A program made the position numbers and the translations under genes. Below are positions 1 through 9,736 of a stretch of DNA of 64,000 nt, in pieces (the first letter of the stretch is position 1; each line of letters starts with the position of its first letter). The stretch is from Acidimicrobiales bacterium (GTDB taxonomy: Bacteria; Actinomycetota; Acidimicrobiia; Acidimicrobiales; SZUA-35), in NCBI GenBank assembly GCA_047638695.1, contig JBLINY010000009.1, forward strand, positions 9,234 to 73,233, written 5' to 3'. The notes beneath the pieces were generated by a model. It was not told where the DNA came from. It saw only the letters and a list, made by a program, of their open reading frames with translations, and ran no database searches.

Positions 1-1732
1 TGAGACACAGGCGCCGGTCGTGCGGTCGGGAAACAGTGTCCGTTCAACGTGGGGCGTTTACCGCTGCGCTGACGGTTTCGCCGGCGTCTGCTGTCTCGAG
101 CGCCAGATTCCATCCCTGTTTGCGTTGTTGGGGGTTGACGAGCTTACCGAACCACGCTTCGGTGACGCCGTGGTGAGGGCTGAGCACGACGATGAAGTCC
201 TGGCTCATGTGATGAGCTTCATGTTGTCGCACACCAAGGACGAACTGCTTGAGCTGGGGCCGACCCACCGGGTGCCGTTTGGGGCGGTACGTACGCCGTT
301 GGAACTTCTCGACGACGACACCTACCAAGCCCGGGGCTTCTTCGACGAGGTGATGGTCGGCGAGAGCCCTGTGCTCATGCCGGGTCGTCCCTTTCCCGGG
401 CTTCCTTGGACGTCTCCAGAACGCTTGCACTCGCCCGACGAAGGCGACGATGGCTCGGACTGGGAGGCTCGGCCGCAGCGCGAACCGGACGAAGTGTCGC
501 CACCCAAGCCTCCGCTTGACGGCATCCGTGTTATTGATCTCACAGCGTTCTGGGCCGGGCCGTATGCCACCAAATTGTTCGCCGAGCTCGGCGCCGACGT
601 GCTGAAGGTCGAGTCGCCAGGTGCATGGGACAACATCAGAACGCTGATTCCGCAGGACGCATCGATTGAAGATCCGTGGAATAGCTCGTACTACTTCAAC
701 GAATACAGCCACTCGAAGAGGTCGTTGACACTCGATCTGGCCCAGGAACGTGGGCGAGAACTCTTGCTCCGTTTCGTGGCAACTGCCGACGTAGTGATCG
801 AGAACTATCGGGCCGACGTGCTCGACAACTTGGGCCTTGATTACGAGGCTCTTCGGGCCGTCAACGAACAAATTGTTCTCGTGTCGATGGCAGGGTTCGG
901 TAAAACGGGATCACTACGCAGCCACGTCGGGTTTGGGCCGATCATCGAGATGATGTCGGGGCTGATGTCGTTGACGGGGTACGGCGATGATGATGTTCCG
1001 TACAAGACCGGCATTTCCTACGGTGACCCGGTTGGGGGCCTGTATGCGTCGGCTGCCGTTGTCCTGGCGCTGAAGCAGCGCGATCACACCGGTTCCGGCC
1101 GCCATATCGATCTTGCCCAGCGGGAGACGGCATCGTCTATGGCGGGCCCCGCCTTCGTAGCGGCCTCATTGCGGCGAGAGCAGCCACAACACTGGGGGAA
1201 TCGTCATCCACATTTCGTCCCGCAAGGCTGCTATCCGCTGGCGGGTGACGACGAATGGCTGGTGGTGTCGGTGAGGAGCGATCATGAGTGGCGGATGGTG
1301 TGCGAGCTGATTGGACGTCCTGATCTAGCCGATTGGACGGCGGAGCATCGACGAGCTGAACACGATGCTCTCGACGACGCGATCGCGGCCTGGACATCGC
1401 AGCAGTCAGGGGCTGAGGCGCAACAACGATTGCAGGACGCGGGGGTGCCGGCCGGACAGGTCGTCGACACCTGGTCTATTCATGACGATCCGCAGCTGAT
1501 CAGCCGAGGCTTCTACCGAGTGCTCACCAATCCAAAGATGCGCCCCTACCGCCAGACCGGGCCTACCTGGCGCCTCACTGATACCCCAGAGATTGAGATG
1601 AAGCGGGCCCCCTTCTTTGGAGAACACAACGATGAGCTGCTGGCTGAGCTCCAGATCAGCGGGGCCGAGTTGCTCGAGTTGGCTGAGGCCAACGTCATCG
1701 CTACCAGCCCGATCAACCCTTCGTTCGGGTGA
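1..1732 (+). CDS. Fused double-domain family III (CaiB/BaiF) CoA-transferase; 5' end lies outside the window
   Basis: The frame of ORF 20..1732 stays open back to nt 2. The tail of one CoA-transferase III domain (YRCADGFAGV...) is followed by a complete second domain (IRVIDLTAFWAGPYATKLFAELGADVLKVESP, VVIENYR). The architecture matches the 820-aa ORF 52654..55116. Confidence 0.85.
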   Translation, partial: ETQAPVVRSGNSVRSTWGVYRCADGFAGVCCLERQIPSLFALLGVDELTEPRFGDAVVRAEHDDEVLAHVMSFMLSHTKDELLELGPTHRVPFGAVRTPLELLDDDTYQARGFFDEVMVGESPVLMPGRPFPGLPWTSPERLHSPDEGDDGSDWEARPQREPDEVSPPKPPLDGIRVIDLTAFWAGPYATKLFAELGADVLKVESPGAWDNIRTLIPQDASIEDPWNSSYYFNEYSHSKRSLTLDLAQERGRELLLRFVATADVVIENYRADVLDNLGLDYEALRAVNEQIVLVSMAGFGKTGSLRSHVGFGPIIEMMSGLMSLTGYGDDDVPYKTGISYGDPVGGLYASAAVVLALKQRDHTGSGRHIDLAQRETASSMAGPAFVAASLRREQPQHWGNRHPHFVPQGCYPLAGDDEWLVVSVRSDHEWRMVCELIGRPDLADWTAEHRRAEHDALDDAIAAWTSQQSGAEAQQRLQDAGVPAGQVVDTWSIHDDPQLISRGFYRVLTNPKMRPYRQTGPTWRLTDTPEIEMKRAPFFGEHNDELLAELQISGAELLELAEANVIATSPINPSFG

Positions 1733-1798
1733 GGCGGGGCTCGAAGTTGGCGAGCTCCGCTAATGGGTGTTTCAGCAGCCGATGACCCATGATGGAGC

Positions 1799-2902
1799 GT
1801 GGACATACTCGTCATTGGTGGCACTGGCCCCACAGGACCCCGCATCGTCAACGGATTGGTCGACCGTGGGCACACGGTCACAATCCTTCATACCGGCAAC
1901 CACGAAGTCGACACCATCCCGGCCCACCTCGAACACATTCATACCGATCCCTTCGATGGTGACGCCTTCCGGGCATCGATCGAAGGGCGGAACTTTGATG
2001 TCGTGTTCGCCATGTATGGGCGCCTCCGGTCGATTGCCGAAGTGTTGGTTGGTCGTACACCGCGGCTGTTCTCTATCGGCGGTATGCCGGTGTATCGAGG
2101 ATTCGGAGAGTCGACGACCGAGTTCCCTGAGGGCATGCCAATCCCGACACTCGAGACCCAGCCCCTGGTGGACGACGAGCGGTCGGGCGTCAAGCCGTTC
2201 CGAATTGCCGAGACCGAAGAAGTTGTGAGGTCGCTCCACCCGGATGCGACACACTTTCGCTACCCCTACATCTATGGCCCGAACCAGATCTTGCCCCGCG
2301 AGTGGACCCTGGTGAAACGAGCCCTGGATGGGCGGTCTCGGATCATCGCTCCCGATGGCGGGCTTGGTCTGCTCACCCACTGCTACGTCGAGAACGCCAC
2401 CAACGCAGTGCTGATGGCCGTCGATCAAATCGACGTGTCCGCCGGCCAGGCGTACAACGTTGGTGATGACGTGCAATTGACGTTCTCCGGCTTCGCCGAA
2501 ATCGTCGCCGATGAACTCGGGCACGATTGGGAGCTGGTGTCGGTTCCCTGGCCGCAGGCCGACCCGGCCGCACCGTGGGTGCACAGTCACTCCTCGACTC
2601 ACCGCTTGTTCAGCACCGAGAAGATACGCACCGAGCTGGGCTATCGCGACGTCGTTTCCCCCGAGGAAGGTCTGCGAAGGACCATCCGTTGGCAGGTCGA
2701 AAATCTTCCTGCCGACAAGACAGTCGCCGACCGCCTCCAAGACCCATTCGACTACCGGGCCGAAGACGAGTTACTCGCACTTACTGACTCCTACGCCAAG
2801 GCAGTGGCGGGTATCCACTATCCGGTTCAGCCCGGTTGGACGTTCGGCTACTACGGACCCCGCGAAAACCCGGGCGGGGCACGCGGTAGTTTCCGGGCCT
2901 GA
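1799..2902 (+). CDS. NAD(P)-dependent epimerase/dehydratase family (extended SDR) protein
   Basis: 367-aa ORF with a GTG start. N-terminal Rossmann motif MDILVIGGTGPTGPRIV. Sits 66 nt downstream of the CoA-transferase on the same strand. Confidence 0.8.
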   Translation: MDILVIGGTGPTGPRIVNGLVDRGHTVTILHTGNHEVDTIPAHLEHIHTDPFDGDAFRASIEGRNFDVVFAMYGRLRSIAEVLVGRTPRLFSIGGMPVYRGFGESTTEFPEGMPIPTLETQPLVDDERSGVKPFRIAETEEVVRSLHPDATHFRYPYIYGPNQILPREWTLVKRALDGRSRIIAPDGGLGLLTHCYVENATNAVLMAVDQIDVSAGQAYNVGDDVQLTFSGFAEIVADELGHDWELVSVPWPQADPAAPWVHSHSSTHRLFSTEKIRTELGYRDVVSPEEGLRRTIRWQVENLPADKTVADRLQDPFDYRAEDELLALTDSYAKAVAGIHYPVQPGWTFGYYGPRENPGGARGSFRA

Positions 2903-2909
2903 TCGCAAG

Positions 2910-3980
2910 TCAGCCGTAGTGCAGTGCCATGTTTTCGGGGTAGCTGCGTTCGAAATAGTTCCAGAGCTGCTCACCGTAGACCGCAGGTCGGTGCTCGCTG
3001 GCCATCTCGCCGACGCCGGCAATGGTCTCCTCTCGACGGGCCATGAACCCGGCCGCAGCGTGACGAGGGCTGGCAGCGACGGCGGCCACGAAGCGGTCGT
3101 CGAGTCGCAGTGGATCAAGAGGGGTGTCTAACGACGGTCCGTGGAAGTAGCCGGCTGAGAATCGTTCCTCGGCGGTGATGACCCGATGAGGTGTAGCTAC
3201 GAAGTAGTTCCCGGTGACACCCTGCAGCATTTCGCCCAGGTTGATCACCAGTCCTCCGGGGACAGTCGGTACATCAATCCAGTCGCCCTGCGGATTCTGA
3301 ACTTGGAGGCCTGAGGTGGGACCGGGCGCTAGCACGGTCAGAAAACCAGCGTCGTGGTGAGGATTCACGCCGGCCTGACCGGCAGGCGTTGGTGGGTAGT
3401 GAATGAACTTGGTGAGCGACATTGGCTGGTTACCGAAATATTCGGCGAAGTGCTGCTCGGAAAGGCCCAGGCCCAGAGCCAAGAGGGCGAGCAGCTTGTC
3501 TGCGAGTTGGTCACACTGACGCATCCACTCGAGCGTGATTTCGCGATGGCCGCCAAGGATCTCTTCTGGCATCCACTGATTTGGGCCAAGTAAGCGGTTA
3601 TACGAGGGTGTTCCGGCATCCGGCTCGGGAACCAACACCGCCGGCCACTCCGACCAGACGTCGATCTGCTCGCGGATATCGGGCAGGTTGTTGGTGTACT
3701 CCGACCCCTCGGCCTCCCAGCCGCGGAAATGACGGGAGGCCTGTTTGTCGATGATCTGCTTCTGATCGAGGGGCAGTGAGAAGAAGCGCTGCATCAGATC
3801 GAAGACTGATTCGACAATTGCAGCGTCGACGCCATGATCGACGGCGACGAAGAAGCCGATGCGATGGCAGACATCGCTCAGATGCTCGGCCAATTGCGAC
3901 TGCTCGGCGACTGTGCCGCCCATTCGGCTGACGTCGATGATTGGGATCTCGGCGAACGAGGTGGTCGACGCGGCAGACAT
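2910..3980 (-). CDS. 2-oxoglutarate/Fe(II)-dependent oxygenase (isopenicillin-N-synthase-like family)
   Basis: 356-aa ORF. N-terminal IPIIDVS motif, HxD facial triad (NPHHDAGFLTVL), distal His/Arg (ATPHRV ... RFSAGYF). Confidence 0.8.
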   Translation of the reverse strand: MSAASTTSFAEIPIIDVSRMGGTVAEQSQLAEHLSDVCHRIGFFVAVDHGVDAAIVESVFDLMQRFFSLPLDQKQIIDKQASRHFRGWEAEGSEYTNNLPDIREQIDVWSEWPAVLVPEPDAGTPSYNRLLGPNQWMPEEILGGHREITLEWMRQCDQLADKLLALLALGLGLSEQHFAEYFGNQPMSLTKFIHYPPTPAGQAGVNPHHDAGFLTVLAPGPTSGLQVQNPQGDWIDVPTVPGGLVINLGEMLQGVTGNYFVATPHRVITAEERFSAGYFHGPSLDTPLDPLRLDDRFVAAVAASPRHAAAGFMARREETIAGVGEMASEHRPAVYGEQLWNYFERSYPENMALHYG

Positions 3981-3989
3981 GCCGTAAAG

Positions 3990-5696
3990 CTACTGGCCTC
4001 CCCGGATAAGGCGGCCGGGCATTGCTCCGGTGTGTTCTCCGTTCTCGTAGGTGACCTCGCCGTGGCAAATGGTTGCCGTGTACCCCTGCGCCTTCTGGAC
4101 CAGTCGCTTGCCGCCGGCTGGAAGATCCCAAACGATGTGAGGGTCCTCGAGCGAGAGGGCATCGAAGTCGATCACGTTGAGGTCGGCCCGGTAGCCGGGT
4201 GCGATAACGCCCCGATCTGCGAGCCCGTACAGCAGCGCGGTGTCCTGGGTCAGTTTGTGCACGGTGAACTCAAGGCCAAGTTTTGGTCCCTTGGTCCGAT
4301 CTCGGGCCATGTAGGCGAGCATGTACGTCGGCACGCTGGCATCGCAGAGCACGCCGCAATGGGCTCCGCCATCGGAGAGGCCGAACACAGATGTTGGTTG
4401 CTCGATACGGATTCGCTGTTGTTCGAGATCGCCCGGATAGTCGCCAACCAGATAGAGCAGCGGCCTGCCGCTGGCCATAGCGTCCATCAGCGCCTCACGT
4501 GGATCACAACCCTTTGCCTCAGCGATCCCGGCGAGCGAATCGCTGTGGCCGGGCTCGTAGCTGAGATCGTGGGGGAGCACGAACATCTTGTCCCAGCTCG
4601 AGATCATCTTGTTGGTGTCTGCGTAGCGCGACACCTTCGGCTCGTCGGCGAGGATACGAGCTCGGAACTCGGGATCGAGCAGCTTGTCGCGTTGTTCATC
4701 GAACGAGAGCGTCTTGATGTCGTTGAAAGAGGGAAACTGACGCATCGGGTTGACGGTTCCCTCGAGCGTCATGAGCACCGAGGCCGGTCGCGCCCCGACC
4801 TGGGGTCGAAACTCGACGCCCGCCTCTTTCAGCCGATCAGCGAGCTCCCAGACCTTGTCGCTTACGTTGGAGGCAACCAGAGCAGTGACGGGACGGCCCG
4901 TCTTCCGAGCGATGTGCTCGATCCAATACTGCTCCTCCGGCTGGTCGAGGTGATCGGAGATGATCTCCATCGTTCCGTGATCGAGTTCGGCGAACGCCTC
5001 ACCGATAGCCATGATCTCATCGGCCGTTGCGTTGGTCCCGGGGACGTGATTGCCAGCCTTGTCGAGGTGGCCATAGAACCGTGAGGTCGAGAACCCGAGG
5101 GCGCCAGCGGCCATGGCGGTCCGGGTGATGTCAGCCATCGCGGTGATGTCGTCGACCGAGGCATCGTCATAGCAACGGTCGCCCATGACGTAGTGGCGCA
5201 CGGCCACATGAGGAACCTGGGCGCCAATGTCGATGGTGTACGGCGTGTCGATGACATCGAGGTAGTCGCTGAAGCTCTCCCAGCCCCACGGGATTCCCTC
5301 ATGCAGTGCGGTGCCGGGGATGTCCTCGACGCTTTCCATCAACTCGACCAATGCGGTTTCGCTGCCAGGCCGGACTGGAGCGAACCCCACGCCACAGTTG
5401 CCCATCACAATGGTGGTGACGCCATGCCAGCTGCTCGGGGTTACTTGTTTGTCCCAGCAGACCTGACCGTCGTAATGCGTATGGATGTCAACGAACCCGG
5501 GCGTGACGATGTGACCGCTGGCATCGATCTCACGAGCTGCTGTCCCGTTGACACCGCCGTCGATGGCTGCGCTGACCTTCACGATCTGCCCGTCGGTGAC
5601 GGCGACGTCGCCGACGAAGCCGGGAGCACCCGTGCCGTCGATGATTGTGCCACCGCGCAGAATGAGATCGGGTGTGGTGATGGTGTCGCTTGCCAT
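3990..5696 (-). CDS. D-aminoacylase-like amidohydrolase (N-acyl-D-amino-acid deacylase family)
   Basis: 568-aa [17 protein letters not shown] ... [12 protein letters not shown] metal-binding motif and [11 protein letters not shown]. Paralogue of ORF 55995..57704. Confidence 0.85.
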   Translation of the reverse strand: MASDTITTPDLILRGGTIIDGTGAPGFVGDVAVTDGQIVKVSAAIDGGVNGTAAREIDASGHIVTPGFVDIHTHYDGQVCWDKQVTPSSWHGVTTIVMGNCGVGFAPVRPGSETALVELMESVEDIPGTALHEGIPWGWESFSDYLDVIDTPYTIDIGAQVPHVAVRHYVMGDRCYDDASVDDITAMADITRTAMAAGALGFSTSRFYGHLDKAGNHVPGTNATADEIMAIGEAFAELDHGTMEIISDHLDQPEEQYWIEHIARKTGRPVTALVASNVSDKVWELADRLKEAGVEFRPQVGARPASVLMTLEGTVNPMRQFPSFNDIKTLSFDEQRDKLLDPEFRARILADEPKVSRYADTNKMISSWDKMFVLPHDLSYEPGHSDSLAGIAEAKGCDPREALMDAMASGRPLLYLVGDYPGDLEQQRIRIEQPTSVFGLSDGGAHCGVLCDASVPTYMLAYMARDRTKGPKLGLEFTVHKLTQDTALLYGLADRGVIAPGYRADLNVIDFDALSLEDPHIVWDLPAGGKRLVQKAQGYTATICHGEVTYENGEHTGAMPGRLIRGGQ

Positions 5697-5758
5697 GAGG
5701 GGCGCTCCTCGGTTGTCCCACCAAGAACGCTACTACTGACGGGTTGGTAAGAAGGCAA

Positions 5759-6471
5759 TCACGGGTCGTTTCCGGACAGGAGTGATGACGACAGCGGAAC
5801 TTCCGCCAGATCGGTTGATGCATCGACGATGTAGTTGCCGGCAACGACCGGCTCGGGCCGTTGGCGTTCGTCGAACCACGTAGTGTGACACACACCGACG
5901 GGGTCGCCACCGGAGGCGACAACCTGTACTTGCTCGGTGAATTGGCGGCGCACCATGGAAACGCCCCGATCACTGCTGGTCAGACGTTCTGTCGAGTGAA
6001 GCGTCACCGGTCCTTGGCCGACCTGGGTTTCGTAGTCGCCCGGGAAGCGCTGGTGTTCTTCCTCGCTGAGTTCGAACCCAGTGCGGTCGCCGTCGTTGGC
6101 ATTCGGGTCTCGGTGACGCGGTGCAGCGTAGTTCCGTCGGGGAGCTGGCGGTCTTGGGTCGAGGTCGTTCCCCACTCGTGGCGTTGCCACTCGATGCGGG
6201 GCCAGATGTCTAACCGGGGGTCGAACTGATGGCCGCTTATCGCGTTGTGAAGAATGAAGACGTGAAACGGATCCATCACGTTCTCGTGGGCCTGGAACCA
6301 ATTGCACGGCGCAATGCTTGGACCACCAAAGGCGAAGTGATCGATGATCACGATTTCCTCAGTGTCTGCGTCTAGGCCGTCGAAAATGTCGTAGAGGGGG
6401 AATACGGGCTGCTTGTGGACCGGTCCCATGTAGGTGAAGAGCAGGCCGTTGTACTCCACGACCGGGTACCA
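5759..6471 (-). pseudogene. Remnant of a Rieske-type non-heme iron oxygenase alpha subunit; catalytic domain only, frameshifted, Rieske domain missing
   Basis: ORF 6004..6546 carries WYPVVEYNGLLFTYMGP ... NWFQAHENVMDPFHVFILH (mononuclear-iron motif). Homology continues in another frame in ORF 5759..6307 (FELSEEEHQRFPGDYETQVGQGPV...). Frame switch near 6090-6100. No CxH...CxxH Rieske motifs upstream. Confidence 0.7.
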
Positions 6472-6955
6472 GGGCCGGGAACTTCCTGGCACCGGCCTGG
6501 AAACTGGGGTCGGGGAAGGGCGCGTTGTAAGCCGCGACCTCGTCATCGGTCGGTCCCCGTTGCACAGCCCGCTGCAGCATCTGACCGACGTCCATCACTT
6601 CGGCCGTTTGCGACCAGTTCAGCCAACCGTCGAAACCTGGCCCGAGCGACGCTCCGACGGGCAGACCGGTGTTGCCGATGGCGATGCGATCGAATCGATC
6701 GGGTTGCTCAGCTGCCACCCGAAGCCCAATCAGGCCGCCCCAGTCCTGGGCGAACATCGTGGCGGCGGGAAGGCCGATCGTGTCGAGGAACTGACTCAGC
6801 CAGACCACATGGCAGGCGTAGGTGTAGGCAGCTCGATCGATCGGCTTGTCCGACCGGCCGAACCCGATCAGATCAGGCACCACACACCGAAACCCGGCCG
6901 AAGCCAGAGCAGGAATCATGCGCCGGTACAGAAAGCGTTGATGTTGTGATCTCAC
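6464..6955 (-). pseudogene. Internal fragment of a DhlA-type haloalkane dehalogenase (alpha/beta hydrolase), truncated at both ends
   Basis: ORF 6359..6955 reads FLYRRMIPALASAGFRCVVPDLIGFGRSDKP ... FAQDWGG (nucleophile Asp) ... YNAPFPDPSFQAGARKFPALVP. It lacks the N-terminal ~50 aa (an in-frame stop lies directly upstream at 6956-6958). It also lacks the C-terminal ~85 aa with the catalytic His. After ALVP the frame runs into the oxygenase remnant. Confidence 0.7.
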
Positions 6956-6980
6956 TCATGCTCGAAACTTACCGGTGGCA

Positions 6981-7862
6981 CTACGCCTGGACGGCCGGTG
7001 ATTCCAACCACCAACCGGCCCTATCTTGGTGACGCCGGATGTGCCCACAGCTCGGGCCGCCGAGATGTGTTGCCAACACGAGCGTGTGGTCGTCGCAGTA
7101 TCGCTCGATGAAGCTCCGTCGAGTCTCCGCTGCCTGGATCGGGTCGACATCAGGGGCACTTGCCCAATCCGGATGGTCAAACTGCATCGCTGAGTGCACA
7201 AGGTCGCCGGTGATGACCGCATCGGAGTCGTTGGAGGAGATGCGGACGCTGTGATGACCAGGAGTGTGGCCCGGCGTTGGTTCGAGCCAGAGAAGGTCAT
7301 TGAGGCGTAGGTCGGATTGAATCAGCTCTGCCCGGCCGGCCTCGATGATGGGCCGAACGCTGTCCCCAGCTACGTCGCCGTAGATCTGTGGCTCCACGCT
7401 CCAGTGCTGCCATTCTCGTTCGCCGAACAGATACCGGGCGTTGGGGAATGTCGGCTTCCAACTATCGCCTTCGAGAACGGTGTTCCAACCGACGTGATCG
7501 ACGTGCAGATGGGTGCACAAAACGGTGGTTACTTCTTCCGGTGGAAACCCACTGGCTGTTAATCGATCCAGAAAGTCGCCCTGCTGCATATGAAAGTTGG
7601 GTGACCCCGGCCTGTCTTTGTCGTTTCCCCCGCACGTGTCGATGAGAATCTTCTCACCGCCGATTTCTACCCCGAACGTATGAATAGACACTCGTAGGTT
7701 TCCTGTTGCCGGGTCGATGAAATCTCCAATGGCCCAGTCGTGCTCGAGAGCAATCGCAGGCGTCGCCATCGGCACAAGGCGAGTTGGGTCCCACAGTCCT
7801 TCTGATTCCGCGATTTTCGTGACCTTGGCCTCACCGACCTGCCAGCTGACTGACTCAATCAT
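6981..7862 (-). CDS. MBL-fold metallo-hydrolase (lactonase-like)
   Basis: 293-aa ORF with HxHxDH motif (CTHLHVDHVGWN) and a downstream His (PGHTPGH). Confidence 0.85.
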   Translation of the reverse strand: MIESVSWQVGEAKVTKIAESEGLWDPTRLVPMATPAIALEHDWAIGDFIDPATGNLRVSIHTFGVEIGGEKILIDTCGGNDKDRPGSPNFHMQQGDFLDRLTASGFPPEEVTTVLCTHLHVDHVGWNTVLEGDSWKPTFPNARYLFGEREWQHWSVEPQIYGDVAGDSVRPIIEAGRAELIQSDLRLNDLLWLEPTPGHTPGHHSVRISSNDSDAVITGDLVHSAMQFDHPDWASAPDVDPIQAAETRRSFIERYCDDHTLVLATHLGGPSCGHIRRHQDRAGWWLESPAVQA

Positions 7863-8835
7863 GGATACCTCCTAGATACCGTTCGTCCGAAGCTACGGCG
7901 AGTCTTTGGATTGCGGCGAGCTGGGAATCATCGAGCGTGTTGAACGTCTCAAACGCTGTCGCGTTGGCCCCAAGCTGCTCGGCCGAGCTCGCCCCAAAGA
8001 CCACGCTTGCCAGGTGGGGGTGGGCGAAGGCGAAGGCGAAGGCAACATGGGCGGGAGGGATGCCCCAGTCGGTGGCCAATGAGACGACCTGCGGGGCAAG
8101 GGCCTTTCCCTTGGCCAGCACGGGAGACGCGTCATTCGACGCTCTTCCGATATCTCCAGCTGACAGGTACTTGCCGGTGAGTGTTCCTCCGGCGAGGACG
8201 TAGCTGGCGACAAGTCCGATGGGTCCGCGTTCAAATGCCCGAATCATCTCGGGGTCATCAGGTCCGGAGTGGTCGACAAGGCTCGTGGCCATCTGTGCTG
8301 CAACCGGGCGTGGAACGTCGGCCGCTTCGCATATCTCGAGGGCCGTGTGGTGCTGGGCCGCCGTCCACATCCCAGTTCCCCAGGCCCGAGCCTGGCCCGA
8401 GTCGATCAAACTGCCCACTTGTTCGACCACCGAGGAGATCGGAAGGCCCTCCGGTGGACGGATGGCGTAGATGAGATCGATATAGTCAAGGCCCATTCGC
8501 CGTAATGAACCGTCGAGCTCCGTTTTGGCATCTTCGGCTGGCCAGTGTTCCCACCACAACTTGTTGGCGACCGTGACCTCATCGCGAACCCAGCCAGCGG
8601 CCCGGAACAGATCTCCAAAAACTATCTCGGAGTAGCCGGTTGCTACCGGGGCCTCACCTGTTTCGTCGTCATAGCGTGCGTCATCGAGAAAGGTAATTCC
8701 GGCTTCGCGTGCGGCGCGCATCACCGCGAGACCCATGTCTCGGCCGATGGTCTCGAACGTTCGCCACGAGCCGAGCGACATGACCGAAACAGTGAGGTCA
8801 GAGGCTCCGAGCTGCCGCTGCGGAAGGGCATTCAT
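7855..8835 (-). CDS. Aldo/keto reductase
   Basis: ORF 7855..9042. The family-typical N-terminus MNALPQRQLGASDLTVSVMSLGSW starts at ATG 8835. The upstream extension overlaps the divergent gene. The stop overlaps the MBL gene start by 8 nt. Confidence 0.85.
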   Translation of the reverse strand: MNALPQRQLGASDLTVSVMSLGSWRTFETIGRDMGLAVMRAAREAGITFLDDARYDDETGEAPVATGYSEIVFGDLFRAAGWVRDEVTVANKLWWEHWPAEDAKTELDGSLRRMGLDYIDLIYAIRPPEGLPISSVVEQVGSLIDSGQARAWGTGMWTAAQHHTALEICEAADVPRPVAAQMATSLVDHSGPDDPEMIRAFERGPIGLVASYVLAGGTLTGKYLSAGDIGRASNDASPVLAKGKALAPQVVSLATDWGIPPAHVAFAFAFAHPHLASVVFGASSAEQLGANATAFETFNTLDDSQLAAIQRLAVASDERYLGGIHD

Positions 8836-8923
8836 CGGGCCACCGTACGGCACCGCAGACGGTCCAACAGCGATCGATCGGCCTGATTGTGCAGCCGGCC
8901 CCAGCTTGCCTATCTTGCCAGAA

Positions 8924-9697
8924 ATGGATTCTCTGAAGGCAGCTCGCAGTATGAGAGGCTCGATTGGCATGCTGGGCATGCACTGGCTTATGGCCCCGTC
9001 GACCAGCACCAAAGCCGTCGAAGCCGGCATGCCCGCGGGCATTCCCGGCTATGCCGTCGGGCGGCTGGGCGTGCTGGGCGATTGCCCCGTCGACAACGTC
9101 GTGGGGGCCGCCTTTTTCTGGGACGCCGACTACATGCGGGCCCAGGTTCTCGAGGGTCGGTCGAAGATGAGCCCCAGCGAGGGGGCGGCCATCTTCACCC
9201 GGATCTGTCAAGAGTGGGGTGCCGACCACCTTGACGGTTTCGAGGGTGTCGAGCGGCTTGGCGAACTGGCCGAGCGAGTCGTCAACGAGGCCAGCCCAAT
9301 TGGCGCACCCACGTTCGTGGGTTGGCGCGAGATGCCACTGCCGGCGGTCGGACCAGCTCGCACCTTCCAACTGTGCCAGACGATGCGTGAACTGGGTTTT
9401 GCTCGTCATTGTGCCGCTACCCATGCGGCCGGGATGAGCCCGGTGCAGGCGATCATGAGCGGCCCAACCGGTGCCTGGAACGCCAAGTTCTTTGGGTGGC
9501 CCGAGCCCTTCCCTGAGGGCGAGCCTATGAAGGATGCCCGAGACGAAATTGAATCGAACAGTAATCGTCTCCACGCGGCTGACTTTGCTGCCCTTGACGA
9601 CAACGAGCGCGACGAACTGGTGGCGTTGGCCAAAGCTGCCCGCGACTATGCCGGCAGCAAGATGACACCAGACTCCGCCGCCGCCCTCCCCACCTAA
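8924..9697 (+). CDS. Conserved hypothetical protein (possibly SCO6745-like family)
   Basis: In-frame ATG at 8924 inside ORF 8735..9697. Codon usage is coding-like. Weak recollected resemblance (GYAVGRLGVLGDCPVDNVVGAAFFW) to the actinobacterial SCO6745 family. Function unknown. Confidence 0.5.
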   Translation: MDSLKAARSMRGSIGMLGMHWLMAPSTSTKAVEAGMPAGIPGYAVGRLGVLGDCPVDNVVGAAFFWDADYMRAQVLEGRSKMSPSEGAAIFTRICQEWGADHLDGFEGVERLGELAERVVNEASPIGAPTFVGWREMPLPAVGPARTFQLCQTMRELGFARHCAATHAAGMSPVQAIMSGPTGAWNAKFFGWPEPFPEGEPMKDARDEIESNSNRLHAADFAALDDNERDELVALAKAARDYAGSKMTPDSAAALPT

Positions 9698-9736
9698 CGG
9701 GCCGTACGCGGCCCCGCAATCTGACAGAGTGGGCGC

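Noticed and set aside
3834-5084. Long antisense ORFs opposite well-supported genes. Examples are 44..871(-), 3834..5084(+), 8798..10111(-), 23819..24679(+), 35530..36753(-), 37890..39098(-) and 53505..54230(-).
   Set aside because: These are typical shadow ORFs of high-GC DNA. They are Arg/Pro/Ser/Gly-rich and low in complexity, and they have no recognisable motifs. Each lies fully inside a gene on the other strand that has clear family signatures.
9699-9714. A GC-rich hairpin, GGGCCG-TACG-CGGCCC, right after the stop of ORF 8924..9697, as an intrinsic terminator.
   Set aside because: The stem is only 6 bp and there is no downstream T tract. The next gene starts 22 nt later on the same strand, so a terminator call is not supported.
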